A DNA stretch of 37,710 bases, taken from assembly GCA_021817305.1 (NCBI GenBank), contig JAKAVL010000022.1, forward strand, positions 3,365 to 41,074, read 5' to 3'. This DNA is from Candidatus Micrarchaeota archaeon. Lineage in GTDB: Archaea > Micrarchaeota > Micrarchaeia > Micrarchaeales > CABMGC01. The translations under genes were made by a program, and so were the position numbers. The notes beneath the pieces were generated by a model, which did not search any database, was not told the origin of the DNA, and was given only the letters and a program-made list of their open reading frames with translations. Of this stretch, positions 17,573 through 25,769 are shown piece by piece. Each line of letters begins with the position of its first letter. Position 1 is the stretch's first letter.

Positions 17573-18931
17573 ATGAAAAAGCTCTTCGGCACCAATGGCA
17601 TAAGGGGCATAACCAACAAGGAACTGGCTCCGGAGCTTGCGCTGGGTATGGGCAGGGCGATAGGTACCTATTTCAAGGAAGGCAGCAGAATTCTCATCGG
17701 CAGGGACATACGCGCCGGAGGCGACATGCTCGCTAGGGCACTCACAAGCGGGCTTCTCAGCGCAGGAATAGACGTTTGCTACGCAGGCATCCTGCCGACC
17801 CCAGTGCTCCAGTACAGCATAAGAAGCAACAAATACGACGGCGGCGTGATGGTGACGGCGAGTCACAATCCCCCGGAGTTCAACGGCATAAAGGTCATAG
17901 ATGCTGACGGCGTGGAGACAAACAGCGCGAACGAGGAAAAGATAGAGGAATACTACCTATCGGGAAACTTCAGGGCGGTTGACTGGAAGAGACTGGACCG
18001 CGACGTCATGGAGGTTCCACGACTGACAGGCCCGTACGTGGACAGCGTATTGAAGCATGTCGACGCAGAGAAGATTCGCGAGAGGAGATTCAAGGTGCTG
18101 ATCGACGGCGGAAACAGTGTCGGCTCGATAACCAGCAAGGCGATAGCAAGCTCCCTCGGGTGCGAAATCCACGAAATCAACACAGACCTCGATCCGCTGT
18201 TCCCGGGAAGGACGCCAGAGCCGACGCCAGCGAGCCTGGCAAAGACCGCTGAATCCGCAAAGAGGCTTGGCGTAGACATCACCGTTGCGCATGACGGAGA
18301 TGCGGATCGCGCAATATTTATAGACTCCGAGGGCAGGGTGCAGCTGGGCGACAAGAGCGGCGCCCTTCTTGCGTACTGGGCAGTCATTCGGAACGGGAAA
18401 TCAGACAAAAAGGTGGTAACTCCCTTCTCAAGCTCTGACCTTGTAGAGGAGTTCCTCAAGTTGCACGGCATAAGCACCGAGCGCACGAGGATAGGCAGCA
18501 TATTCGTCTCCAGAACGCTGATGAGCGGCGGAGGAATCGCAGGCTTCGAGGACAACGGAGGCTTCATATATCCAAGGCACCAGTGCGTGCGCGACGGCGC
18601 AATGGCATTCGCGTTCATGCTGGATTTTCTGGCCTCGCAGGGAAAGAGCTCAGCCGAATTGTTTGACATGCTTCCCAGATACTTCGTCGAGAAGATAAAG
18701 ATCCCGATGGACGGGATCAACACGGAAAATATTTTTGGCGCCATAACCGCAAAATACGGAGATACCTGCAGGGTCATCGACACGGACCACGACGGATTGA
18801 AGATGGCCGGAAATGGCTTCTGGTTCATAGTCAGAAAGAGCGGCACAGAGCCGGTGCTCAGGATAAGCGTCGAGGCCAAGGAAAAGGCCGTCCTTGATGA
18901 CACACTGGAAAATCTTAAGAAACTTGTATGA
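17573..18931 (+). CDS. Alpha-D-phosphohexomutase (phosphoglucosamine mutase / phosphomannomutase family)
   Basis: 452 aa. Active-site loop TASHNPPEFNGIKV and metal loop AHDGDADR. Confidence 0.88.
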   Translation: MKKLFGTNGIRGITNKELAPELALGMGRAIGTYFKEGSRILIGRDIRAGGDMLARALTSGLLSAGIDVCYAGILPTPVLQYSIRSNKYDGGVMVTASHNPPEFNGIKVIDADGVETNSANEEKIEEYYLSGNFRAVDWKRLDRDVMEVPRLTGPYVDSVLKHVDAEKIRERRFKVLIDGGNSVGSITSKAIASSLGCEIHEINTDLDPLFPGRTPEPTPASLAKTAESAKRLGVDITVAHDGDADRAIFIDSEGRVQLGDKSGALLAYWAVIRNGKSDKKVVTPFSSSDLVEEFLKLHGISTERTRIGSIFVSRTLMSGGGIAGFEDNGGFIYPRHQCVRDGAMAFAFMLDFLASQGKSSAELFDMLPRYFVEKIKIPMDGINTENIFGAITAKYGDTCRVIDTDHDGLKMAGNGFWFIVRKSGTEPVLRISVEAKEKAVLDDTLENLKKLV

Positions 18932-19890
18932 GCATATGTAGTGATACAATGTCAGGGAAAAGAGTACTGGTTGCAGGAGGAGCAGGATTCATAGGCAGCG
19001 CTATAGTGGACAGACTTGTCGAATCAGGTTACAGCGTGCGCGTCGTAGACGACCTATCTTCGGGAAAGAAGGAGAACCTGAGCGCGCACATGGGCAAGGG
19101 CTACTTTGAGTTTGTGGAAGGCAGCATAATTGACAAGAGCGTCGCAGAGAAGTCGGTAAATGGCGTAGACGCGGTGATAAGCATGGTCGGCATAGGGGAT
19201 CTTGCAAAGTCGGTCGCCAACCCGATGCACTACCACGAGGTAAACCTTACGGGCAACCTGAACCTGCTTATAGCCGCGCAGGGCAAGCAGATAAAGAAAT
19301 TCATATTTGCATCCTCCGGTGCTGTATACACGTCGAAGGCCATAGGCGTCATATCCGAGACTGCCGAATATGGGCCCGTGTCACCGTACGCGGCAACAAA
19401 GGTCTGCTTCGAGATATACGCGAGGACCTTCAATGAAGTCTATGGCATGGAGTGCGTGTGCTTCAGGTTCTTCAACGTGTACGGGCCCCGGCGCGAGAAC
19501 AGCACTTACGGCGGAGCTGTAACAAATTTCATGCTGAACGTCATGCACGGGAAGGAGATAACGATGTTCGGCACCGGAGAAGACAAGCGCGACTACGTCT
19601 ACGTCAAGGACGTCGCAAGGGCAGTCGTGATGGGCCTGAAGAAAGGAGTATCCGGGGAGTTCAACGTAGGCACCGGCACCGGCACCTCGACAAATGACCT
19701 TCTTGCAATGATAGAGGCGACGATTGGCAAGAACGCGAGTGTGAGCAGGGCACCGGCCCGCAAGGGCGACAGCCCGAGCAGGATAGGGAACATTTCCAAG
19801 ATAGGAAGCACTCTTGGGTATAAACCGGAATACTCCCTGGAGAAGGGCCTCGCCGAGTTGAAGGAATACCTAAAGGACAAGGGCGCATGA
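18928..19890 (+). CDS. NAD-dependent nucleotide-sugar epimerase/dehydratase (GalE-like SDR)
   Basis: VLVAGGAGFIGS Rossmann motif and catalytic SPYAATK (YxxxK). ATGA overlap with the upstream mutase gene. Confidence 0.85.
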   Translation: MSICSDTMSGKRVLVAGGAGFIGSAIVDRLVESGYSVRVVDDLSSGKKENLSAHMGKGYFEFVEGSIIDKSVAEKSVNGVDAVISMVGIGDLAKSVANPMHYHEVNLTGNLNLLIAAQGKQIKKFIFASSGAVYTSKAIGVISETAEYGPVSPYAATKVCFEIYARTFNEVYGMECVCFRFFNVYGPRRENSTYGGAVTNFMLNVMHGKEITMFGTGEDKRDYVYVKDVARAVVMGLKKGVSGEFNVGTGTGTSTNDLLAMIEATIGKNASVSRAPARKGDSPSRIGNISKIGSTLGYKPEYSLEKGLAELKEYLKDKGA

Positions 19891-19920
19891 AGCAAACGCA
19901 TCAGAAATCCTACCTGAGTG

Positions 19921-21006
19921 CTATGCGCCGTCTATTATCCTTTCATATCCATTAACAACTTTCCCGAAGCTGAACCGCTTGATGAACTTTCTGGTGTTTG
20001 CGGCAAGCCTCTTCTGCAGCTTGGTGTCTGAATATAACCTGTAAAACTGACTGGAGAAGTCGCTCATGTCCCCATACCTGTATATAAGGCCATTGTACTT
20101 CTCCCTCACAATCGTTGCCTCTGGTTTTTTGCTTATCACGGTGTTTATGTTGTCGTTTATGAGCAGGGGCAGTCCGCAGGCCATCGCCTCAAGCAGCGAC
20201 CTGCTGAGCCCCTCCCATTCAGAAGTGGAGACCAGGAACGCGGCATTGTTGTATCTTTTCACAAGCTCCTTCCCAGTGAAGAAGCCCACAAAGCGTATGC
20301 TCTTCTGCAGCCCGAGCGAACTGACCAATGCCCTGTAGCTCTTCTCGTCCACGCCAGTGCCTATTATCCTAAGGAGCTCCACGCCCCTCAGCTCCGGGTG
20401 CTCCTCTATTACCCTCGCTATGCCCCTTATCATGAAGCCTATCCTCTTCTGTCGTTCGTCCAGCCTCGCAGACGCAAGCGCGCCATGGTATGTTTTCTTC
20501 GATTTAAGGATCCTGAACTCTTCGTGGGGCGCTATGAGTATGTACCGTACGTCTGTTCCGGCGCCGAAGAAGCGTTTCGCGTATTCGTACTGCTCAAGGC
20601 CTATCGCGACATAGTAGTCAAGCCACCTTCCCATGAGGGACACAAGGCCCCTCCGTATCACCATCTTAGGAAGAAGTCGCCTGAGGCCCCCGTCCCTGAA
20701 GTTCAGGAGGACGTTGCCGCGATCGACGTAAAGGAACTTTGCCCTGCCGCCACCATGCCTTTTTCTGTACCCATCGGCTATCAAGACGTCGCGTATCGAG
20801 TTCATCCACACGATGTCGTAATCTCTGGACATGAGCTGCTTCAGGGTGACCGTCTCCGCATGCTTGTCAATGCCAGAGAAGTTGCCATAGAGGTCTATGC
20901 TGTAATCCTTCCTGAGCCTGAGCTTGCTGTAAAGCTTGTAGGTGTCCTTGGCCGCACCACCAATCACCTTGAAGGAGCCTGACTCCATAATTAATACCCG
21001 TTTCAT
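19921..21006 (-). CDS. Glycosyltransferase, GT4-like (GT-B fold)
   Basis: 361 aa. C-terminal STSEWEGLSRSLLEAMACGLPLL (EX7E motif). Confidence 0.82.
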   Translation of the reverse strand: MKRVLIMESGSFKVIGGAAKDTYKLYSKLRLRKDYSIDLYGNFSGIDKHAETVTLKQLMSRDYDIVWMNSIRDVLIADGYRKRHGGGRAKFLYVDRGNVLLNFRDGGLRRLLPKMVIRRGLVSLMGRWLDYYVAIGLEQYEYAKRFFGAGTDVRYILIAPHEEFRILKSKKTYHGALASARLDERQKRIGFMIRGIARVIEEHPELRGVELLRIIGTGVDEKSYRALVSSLGLQKSIRFVGFFTGKELVKRYNNAAFLVSTSEWEGLSRSLLEAMACGLPLLINDNINTVISKKPEATIVREKYNGLIYRYGDMSDFSSQFYRLYSDTKLQKRLAANTRKFIKRFSFGKVVNGYERIIDGA

Positions 21007-21074
21007 ACAACCCGTCTTAGTAACACATAAATCTTAATGGCACAAAGGATATAAAGCTTGAATTCAAAGAATAA

Positions 21075-21864
21075 ATGAGGTGCTTATATAATCGTATCAA
21101 GGGCGATAATAACCGCCGCAGGAGAAGGAAGGAGGATGCAGAGGGTCACCTCCGTAGTCCCAAAGGCGCTCCTCCCGCTTTTCAAGGGCGAGAATGGAGG
21201 AAAAATAGTCACGCCTATTGCTGATCTGATAATGGAATCTCTTGAATCGGCAGGCGTGTCGAGCTTCTGTTTTGTCGTTGGCAAACATCGCAATCTCCTC
21301 ATGGATTATATGTTTGAGCGAGGCGTAACATTTGTCTTCCAGAACCAGCCAAAGGGCTTCGGCGATGCCGTTTTGCGCGGCGAGGACTTCGCCAGCAGGG
21401 GGCCTATGTCCGGCAAGAGCCCTGTCTTCGTGCATGCTGATGACGGTGTGCTCACCGGCGGATACAAGGAGGCGGTAGAGCTTTTTTCGAAGATGAATGC
21501 AGACGGGGTGCTTCTGCTCAGGAAGACAAACAACCCAAAAAGATACGGAATAGCAGAGCCGGGTAAGGCGTTCACCCATCTGGGCCATAAGGCATTCGAG
21601 ATTGTCGGCGTGCAAGAGAAGCCCGAGAATCCCAGGTCAGACATGCTCATATCCGCAGTCTACTTGCTGTCTCACAAGATATTCAAGGCCATAAAGGACG
21701 CATCACCAGAACACGGCGAGATACAGCTGACCACAGGAATTCAGAACCTAATAAAGGAAGGCCATAAAGTATACGGCATACTGCTCGAGAAGGAGCAGTG
21801 GCTCAATGTGGGCGATACGGAGAGCTACCACAAGGCCCTTGAGTATTCCTACAAGAACCTCTAA
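21075..21864 (+). CDS. Sugar-1-phosphate nucleotidyltransferase (UDP-glucose pyrophosphorylase-like). The N-terminus is disrupted or non-canonical; the intact ORF starts only at 21136.
   Basis: In-frame codons upstream of ATG 21136 encode ...RAIITAAGEGRR-M-QRVTSVVPKALLPL, the GxGxR...PKxLLP signature, yet no ATG/GTG/TTG lies before the upstream stop. ATG 21075 sits behind TATA ggatataaag and comes into frame if one G of GGG 21101-21103 is removed. Confidence 0.75.
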
Positions 21865-23037
21865 CTATCTCGCGTTTTCTGTTTTTCTCCAGTTGGTGTA
21901 CGGAAGAATCCTGTTGTGGAACCTGCTCATGTGCTCCTTGTACGGCACAAGGTCCTGTATAAGCTGGCCTGTGAGATCAGCCATCTTGAGCTTCGGCTTG
22001 AAGCCGAGGCCCGGCAGCACCTTTATCTCGGGATTGTAGTGGTGCCTGTCCGCCTCTACTCTCGGGTTCTCATGCTTTCCTATCGTAACCTCAATGCCTA
22101 GCCTCTTCGCTGCTTTCTGCACCGTCTCCGCTATCTGGTTTATGCTCAGCAGCTCAACGAACTGGTTAGCTACCCTGTACTCGCCATGCTCCGGAGGGTT
22201 CTCTATGAGCAGGCTCAGCGCCTGCACACTGTCCTCAAGCGAGAGATATCCGCGCACCTGCTGGCCGCTCCCGTAAACTGTCAGCGGAATGCCAAGCACC
22301 GACTCGACGCAGAACCTGTTGACAACGGTTCCCCACACCTCGTCGAAGTCGAAGCGAGTGTGCAGCTTCTCGTCTGTTATCTCCTTGGTCCTCGTGCCGT
22401 AAACCGGTCCCTGCATTATATCTGTAAACGTAAGCTTCAGCACCTTGTTCGCGAAGAGTATGTTATTAGTATCATGAACCTTGGACCAGTGGTACCATGA
22501 GCCTGCGAACTTCGGAGTAGTTATCCTGTCCTTTCTGCCTTTTATCTCAACGTCAACGTACGCTGACTCGGGTATGTCGAAATTCGGTGTGCCGTACTCT
22601 CCCATGGTTCCCATCTTCACGACATGCGCCGACGGATTTGTCTCCATCATGGAATAAATGAGATTGATGGTCCCCGAGATGTTGTTTGTCAGGGTGTAAG
22701 TCGCGTGCTTTGCGTTTATCATCGAATACGGGGCGGATCTTGTCTCTGCGAAGTGCACCACCGCATCCGGCTTCTCCTCCTTCATGACCTTGTGGAGGAA
22801 CTCGTAGTCCGTTATGTCCCCTTCATGGAATTTCATGTTGAATCCATGGATGTCCTTTGCAGCCTTTATCCTGTCTTTCATTGCCGGGATAGGTATCGCC
22901 GAATCAGAGCCCACCTCCTTGACGTTCTTCCTTGTCACAAAGTTGTCGACTCCTATTACATCATGGCCCCTTGCCAAAAGCCTGAGCGACAAAGGCCAAC
23001 CAAGATAACCGTCAGCTCCTAGTACCACTACTTTCAT
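21865..23037 (-). CDS. agl3: UDP-sulfoquinovose synthase (SQD1/Agl3 family SDR)
   Basis: 390 aa. VLGADGYLGW, HFAETRSAPYSM, GTMGEYGTPNFDI, WYHWSKVHD, NRFCVESVLGIPLTVYGSGQQVRGYL, NPRVEADRHHYN. As recalled, these are near-identical in pattern to plant SQD1 and Sulfolobus Agl3. Confidence 0.85.
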   Translation of the reverse strand: MKVVVLGADGYLGWPLSLRLLARGHDVIGVDNFVTRKNVKEVGSDSAIPIPAMKDRIKAAKDIHGFNMKFHEGDITDYEFLHKVMKEEKPDAVVHFAETRSAPYSMINAKHATYTLTNNISGTINLIYSMMETNPSAHVVKMGTMGEYGTPNFDIPESAYVDVEIKGRKDRITTPKFAGSWYHWSKVHDTNNILFANKVLKLTFTDIMQGPVYGTRTKEITDEKLHTRFDFDEVWGTVVNRFCVESVLGIPLTVYGSGQQVRGYLSLEDSVQALSLLIENPPEHGEYRVANQFVELLSINQIAETVQKAAKRLGIEVTIGKHENPRVEADRHHYNPEIKVLPGLGFKPKLKMADLTGQLIQDLVPYKEHMSRFHNRILPYTNWRKTENAR

Positions 23038-23070
23038 GATATCACCAATATTATTGCGTGCAAAACCTTA

Positions 23071-24297
23071 TCATACTTTTGTAATCGTGCAGATGCCTGC
23101 AAAGACGTCATCGCTGTACAGCACAAATCTTCCCAGTTCCTTTGTTGCGCGGTACTCCTCAACAGGCAGTTTCCTGTCGAATTCGACTCTGGCGTCAATA
23201 GCGTTGAGCACTTCCGGAGTTTTGCGCTGCATCTTTTCTCCCGTAGTGGTGTCGATGCCGTCTATCACATCAACCGACCTGCATCCCATGTCTATGCCAT
23301 TGAATTTTACGTGCAGCTTTTTTCCTATGACTCCGGTGACAAATATCCTTGCAGTCACCGAGTCAACGACCCGCGGCCTGTCATCGATTCCGGATATCAC
23401 GGCCCCCCTCAGCCCGAATCCCGCCTTGCTATCCAGGGTTATCGCGGCATTTTCTCCAATGCCGGCAGAATTCACCCTCCTGCCCTTGACTATTATCTCT
23501 TTCACCTTGGCATTGTGCCCATTAGGCAAGATATCCACCTTATCCCCTTCCGTCAGCCTGCCGCTTATGACTTTGCCTGCGATGATGTTGCCCTCGGAGT
23601 CTATGGCGCCCTGGACCACTATCCTGAGCGCACTCCCGCTGCCTGCGCCGCTAGCATCGGCAAAGATGCCGTATATGGAATCTATCAAAGTGCTTCCGCC
23701 ATACCACGCCATCTTTCCGCTTTTCTTGACAAGGTTCTCGCCGTTGTACGCAGATATGGGCACAAAGCGCACGTCTCTTTCCTCAAAACCTATCCTGCTT
23801 ATGAATTTCCCAAGGCTGTCCCTTATGCTGTTGAAACTTCCTTCTTCATAGCCCATGCTGTCCATCTTGTTAACCGCAACCACAAGCCTGTCTATGCCGA
23901 GCATGCGCGCTATGAACAGGTGCCTCTTCGTCTGGTCCCGTATCCCCTCGTCGCCCTTCGCGGACACTAGAAGCACGGCTACCTCGCCGTAGCTTGCGCC
24001 GCTTATCATGTTCTTTATGAGCTCCTCGTGCCCCGGCACGTCGATGAATGAGAAGGCCAAATCCTTGTACTTTATCTGCGCGCGCGTAGTGTCATAGGTC
24101 ATCCCCTGCTCGCGCTCCTCGGAAAAGCTGTCGAGTATGAACGCAGGCTCGAAAGGCTTGCGCAGCTTCTCGCTGTACGCCTTTGCCTCGTTTATCCTCA
24201 CCTGCGTGGCAGAACCTGTCTGCATGAGCATGCTGCCTATTAGCGTTGACTTGCCGTGGTCCTTGTGGCCCAGAAGTGCGATTGTCTTTACTATCAT
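23071..24297 (-). CDS. cysN: EF-1alpha-like GTPase, sulfate adenylyltransferase large-subunit (CysN)-like
   Basis: G1 GHKDHGKST, G3 DVPGHEEL, G4 NKMD, followed by beta-barrel domains. It lies immediately downstream of cysD. No APS-kinase domain. Confidence 0.72.
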   Translation of the reverse strand: MIVKTIALLGHKDHGKSTLIGSMLMQTGSATQVRINEAKAYSEKLRKPFEPAFILDSFSEEREQGMTYDTTRAQIKYKDLAFSFIDVPGHEELIKNMISGASYGEVAVLLVSAKGDEGIRDQTKRHLFIARMLGIDRLVVAVNKMDSMGYEEGSFNSIRDSLGKFISRIGFEERDVRFVPISAYNGENLVKKSGKMAWYGGSTLIDSIYGIFADASGAGSGSALRIVVQGAIDSEGNIIAGKVISGRLTEGDKVDILPNGHNAKVKEIIVKGRRVNSAGIGENAAITLDSKAGFGLRGAVISGIDDRPRVVDSVTARIFVTGVIGKKLHVKFNGIDMGCRSVDVIDGIDTTTGEKMQRKTPEVLNAIDARVEFDRKLPVEEYRATKELGRFVLYSDDVFAGICTITKV

Positions 24298-24301
24298 CTC
24301 C

Positions 24302-25090
24302 TCACATGTATCCGAGCGACCTTAAGCGCTGCATGACGTATTCCCGCTCCTTGTCCATGCTTCTGCCGGATCTCTCCTCGCCGGTAGTGGTCTCAAGCTC
24401 ATTTATTATGTCATCCACTGTCTTTGCCTCCGACCTCAATGGCACGGTGCAATGCGTGCATCCCAAACTTCTGTATCTATGTCCATTTCTTGAGAAATAA
24501 AGCGGATTGACCGGTATGTTTTCCTGCTTGACGTAGCTCCATATGTCGATCTCGTTCCAGTCCAGAAGCGGGTGCACCCTGATATGGCCTTTCTTGTCCA
24601 TCTTCGAGGAATAATCATCCCATAGCTCCGCGGGCTGATCTTTGTAATTCCACCTGAACTCCTCGTCGCGGGGGCTCATATAACGCTCCTTCGCGCGAAT
24701 TCCATGCTCGTCCCTCCTTATCGAAACTATGAGAGCATCGAATCCGTGCTCCTCCATCACCTTCTTGAGGGTTTCCGGCTTATTCTTGCCGCAGCATGCG
24801 GATCCGACGAGATCGGGCTTTATCTCGCTCTGCGCAACTATCAGGTCAAGGTTCCATTCCTTTGCAAGGTCCTGCCTGAACTTATATGTCTCTGGGAAGT
24901 CAATGCTATTATCAATGTGAATAACGGGGAAGGGCACCTTTCCCAAAAACGCCTTCCTCGCCAGCGCAAGCATGGTGGTAGAATCCTTTCCCATGCTCCA
25001 TAGCGCAGCTATGTTCTTGAACTTCATCTTCGCTTCGCGTATCACGTAAATGCTTCTCTCTTCCAGAACGTTCAAATCCTGCTTAATCAT
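24302..25090 (-). CDS. cysD: Sulfate adenylyltransferase small subunit (CysD), a variant with a CC...CxxC cysteine set
   Basis: PP-loop SMGKDS, RRDEHGIRAKERYMSPRD...QPAELWDDY, RVHPLLDWNEIDIW, RYRSLGCTHCT, C-terminal LRSLGYM. Confidence 0.85.
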   Translation of the reverse strand: MIKQDLNVLEERSIYVIREAKMKFKNIAALWSMGKDSTTMLALARKAFLGKVPFPVIHIDNSIDFPETYKFRQDLAKEWNLDLIVAQSEIKPDLVGSACCGKNKPETLKKVMEEHGFDALIVSIRRDEHGIRAKERYMSPRDEEFRWNYKDQPAELWDDYSSKMDKKGHIRVHPLLDWNEIDIWSYVKQENIPVNPLYFSRNGHRYRSLGCTHCTVPLRSEAKTVDDIINELETTTGEERSGRSMDKEREYVMQRLRSLGYM

Positions 25091-25389
25091 TCGCTCACCT
25101 TGTTTGAAACCTGAAGCCCCATCAAGTATATCGTGGCGCCGCGCACCTTCTTGCCCTCCTTCTTCACTATTGGGACTTTCGTTATGGGCTTGTATTCGGC
25201 ATCGTAAATCTCTGCATACGATTTCGTGAGGTCCTGCATCTTGCTGAGCTTGCCTTCATTCGCGAACACGACCTTGTAATACGCGGCATTGCTGCCCACC
25301 AAAGCCCCGGCGAACTCCCCCCATTTCTCATCGCTCTGCTCCCTCCAGAGCTCCTCCGCTGCCTTTTCAAGCTTAGAGTTGCCTGCCAT
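25087..25389 (-). CDS. Hypothetical 100-aa protein, translationally coupled to cysD
   Basis: ORF whose stop overlaps the cysD ATG (ATGA). No Cys, no TM segment, and no family recognised. Confidence 0.55.
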   Translation of the reverse strand: MAGNSKLEKAAEELWREQSDEKWGEFAGALVGSNAAYYKVVFANEGKLSKMQDLTKSYAEIYDAEYKPITKVPIVKKEGKKVRGATIYLMGLQVSNKVSE

Positions 25390-25405
25390 AAAACCACTAA
25401 ACTAA

Positions 25406-25633
25406 CTATCCCGTGTATCCAAGGGCCTCAAGCTTCTCTATGACAGCGCCCTTCGTCTTCTTGTCCTTGTTGTTCATGTCTATCATGGTCTCGCGGAGCA
25501 CAAACGTCACCCAGTCCGAAACCGACGAGAAACCCGTGTCCTCTATGCTCCTGCTTATCCTGTCGAACAGAGGCTGCGGTATGGTTATTGTTGTGTACTT
25601 CCTCACCGCCTTCCCAACCCTTTTCGGTTTCAT
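25406..25633 (-). CDS. Ribbon-helix-helix (CopG/Arc/MetJ-like) transcriptional regulator
   Basis: 75 aa. YTTITIPQPLFDRISRSIEDTGFSSVSDWVTFVLRE fits the beta-strand plus two-helix RHH pattern. First gene of the operon. Confidence 0.7.
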   Translation of the reverse strand: MKPKRVGKAVRKYTTITIPQPLFDRISRSIEDTGFSSVSDWVTFVLRETMIDMNNKDKKTKGAVIEKLEALGYTG

Positions 25634-25641
25634 AGGCTCAC

Positions 25642-25675
25642 TTACATTACAATGTAATTTAATGTTACCACATTA
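25642..25675. promoter_or_regulatory. Two adjacent inverted repeats built from ACATT/AATGT half-sites (candidate operator) between the TATA and the RHH start codon
   Basis: TTACATT-ac-AATGTAA (25642-25657) and TAATGT-tacc-ACATTA (25660-25675). A TATA-like atatataaa at 25677-25685 follows directly. Confidence 0.45.
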
Positions 25676-25769
25676 AATATATAAAGATATCGCCCGCCTT
25701 GGCCGGATAGGCCCACTGCACGGAAGCAATAAAAGCATGTATCTGCAATACTTCTGTGAAGGTAATAGG

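Noticed and set aside
25406-25450. The C-terminal tail of the RHH protein (...VIEKLEALGYTG) resembles the CysD C-terminus (...VMQRLRSLGYM). I considered a shared docking motif for the CysN-like GTPase.
   Set aside because: Only about four identical residues over eight positions. This is too short to distinguish from chance without family-wide alignments.
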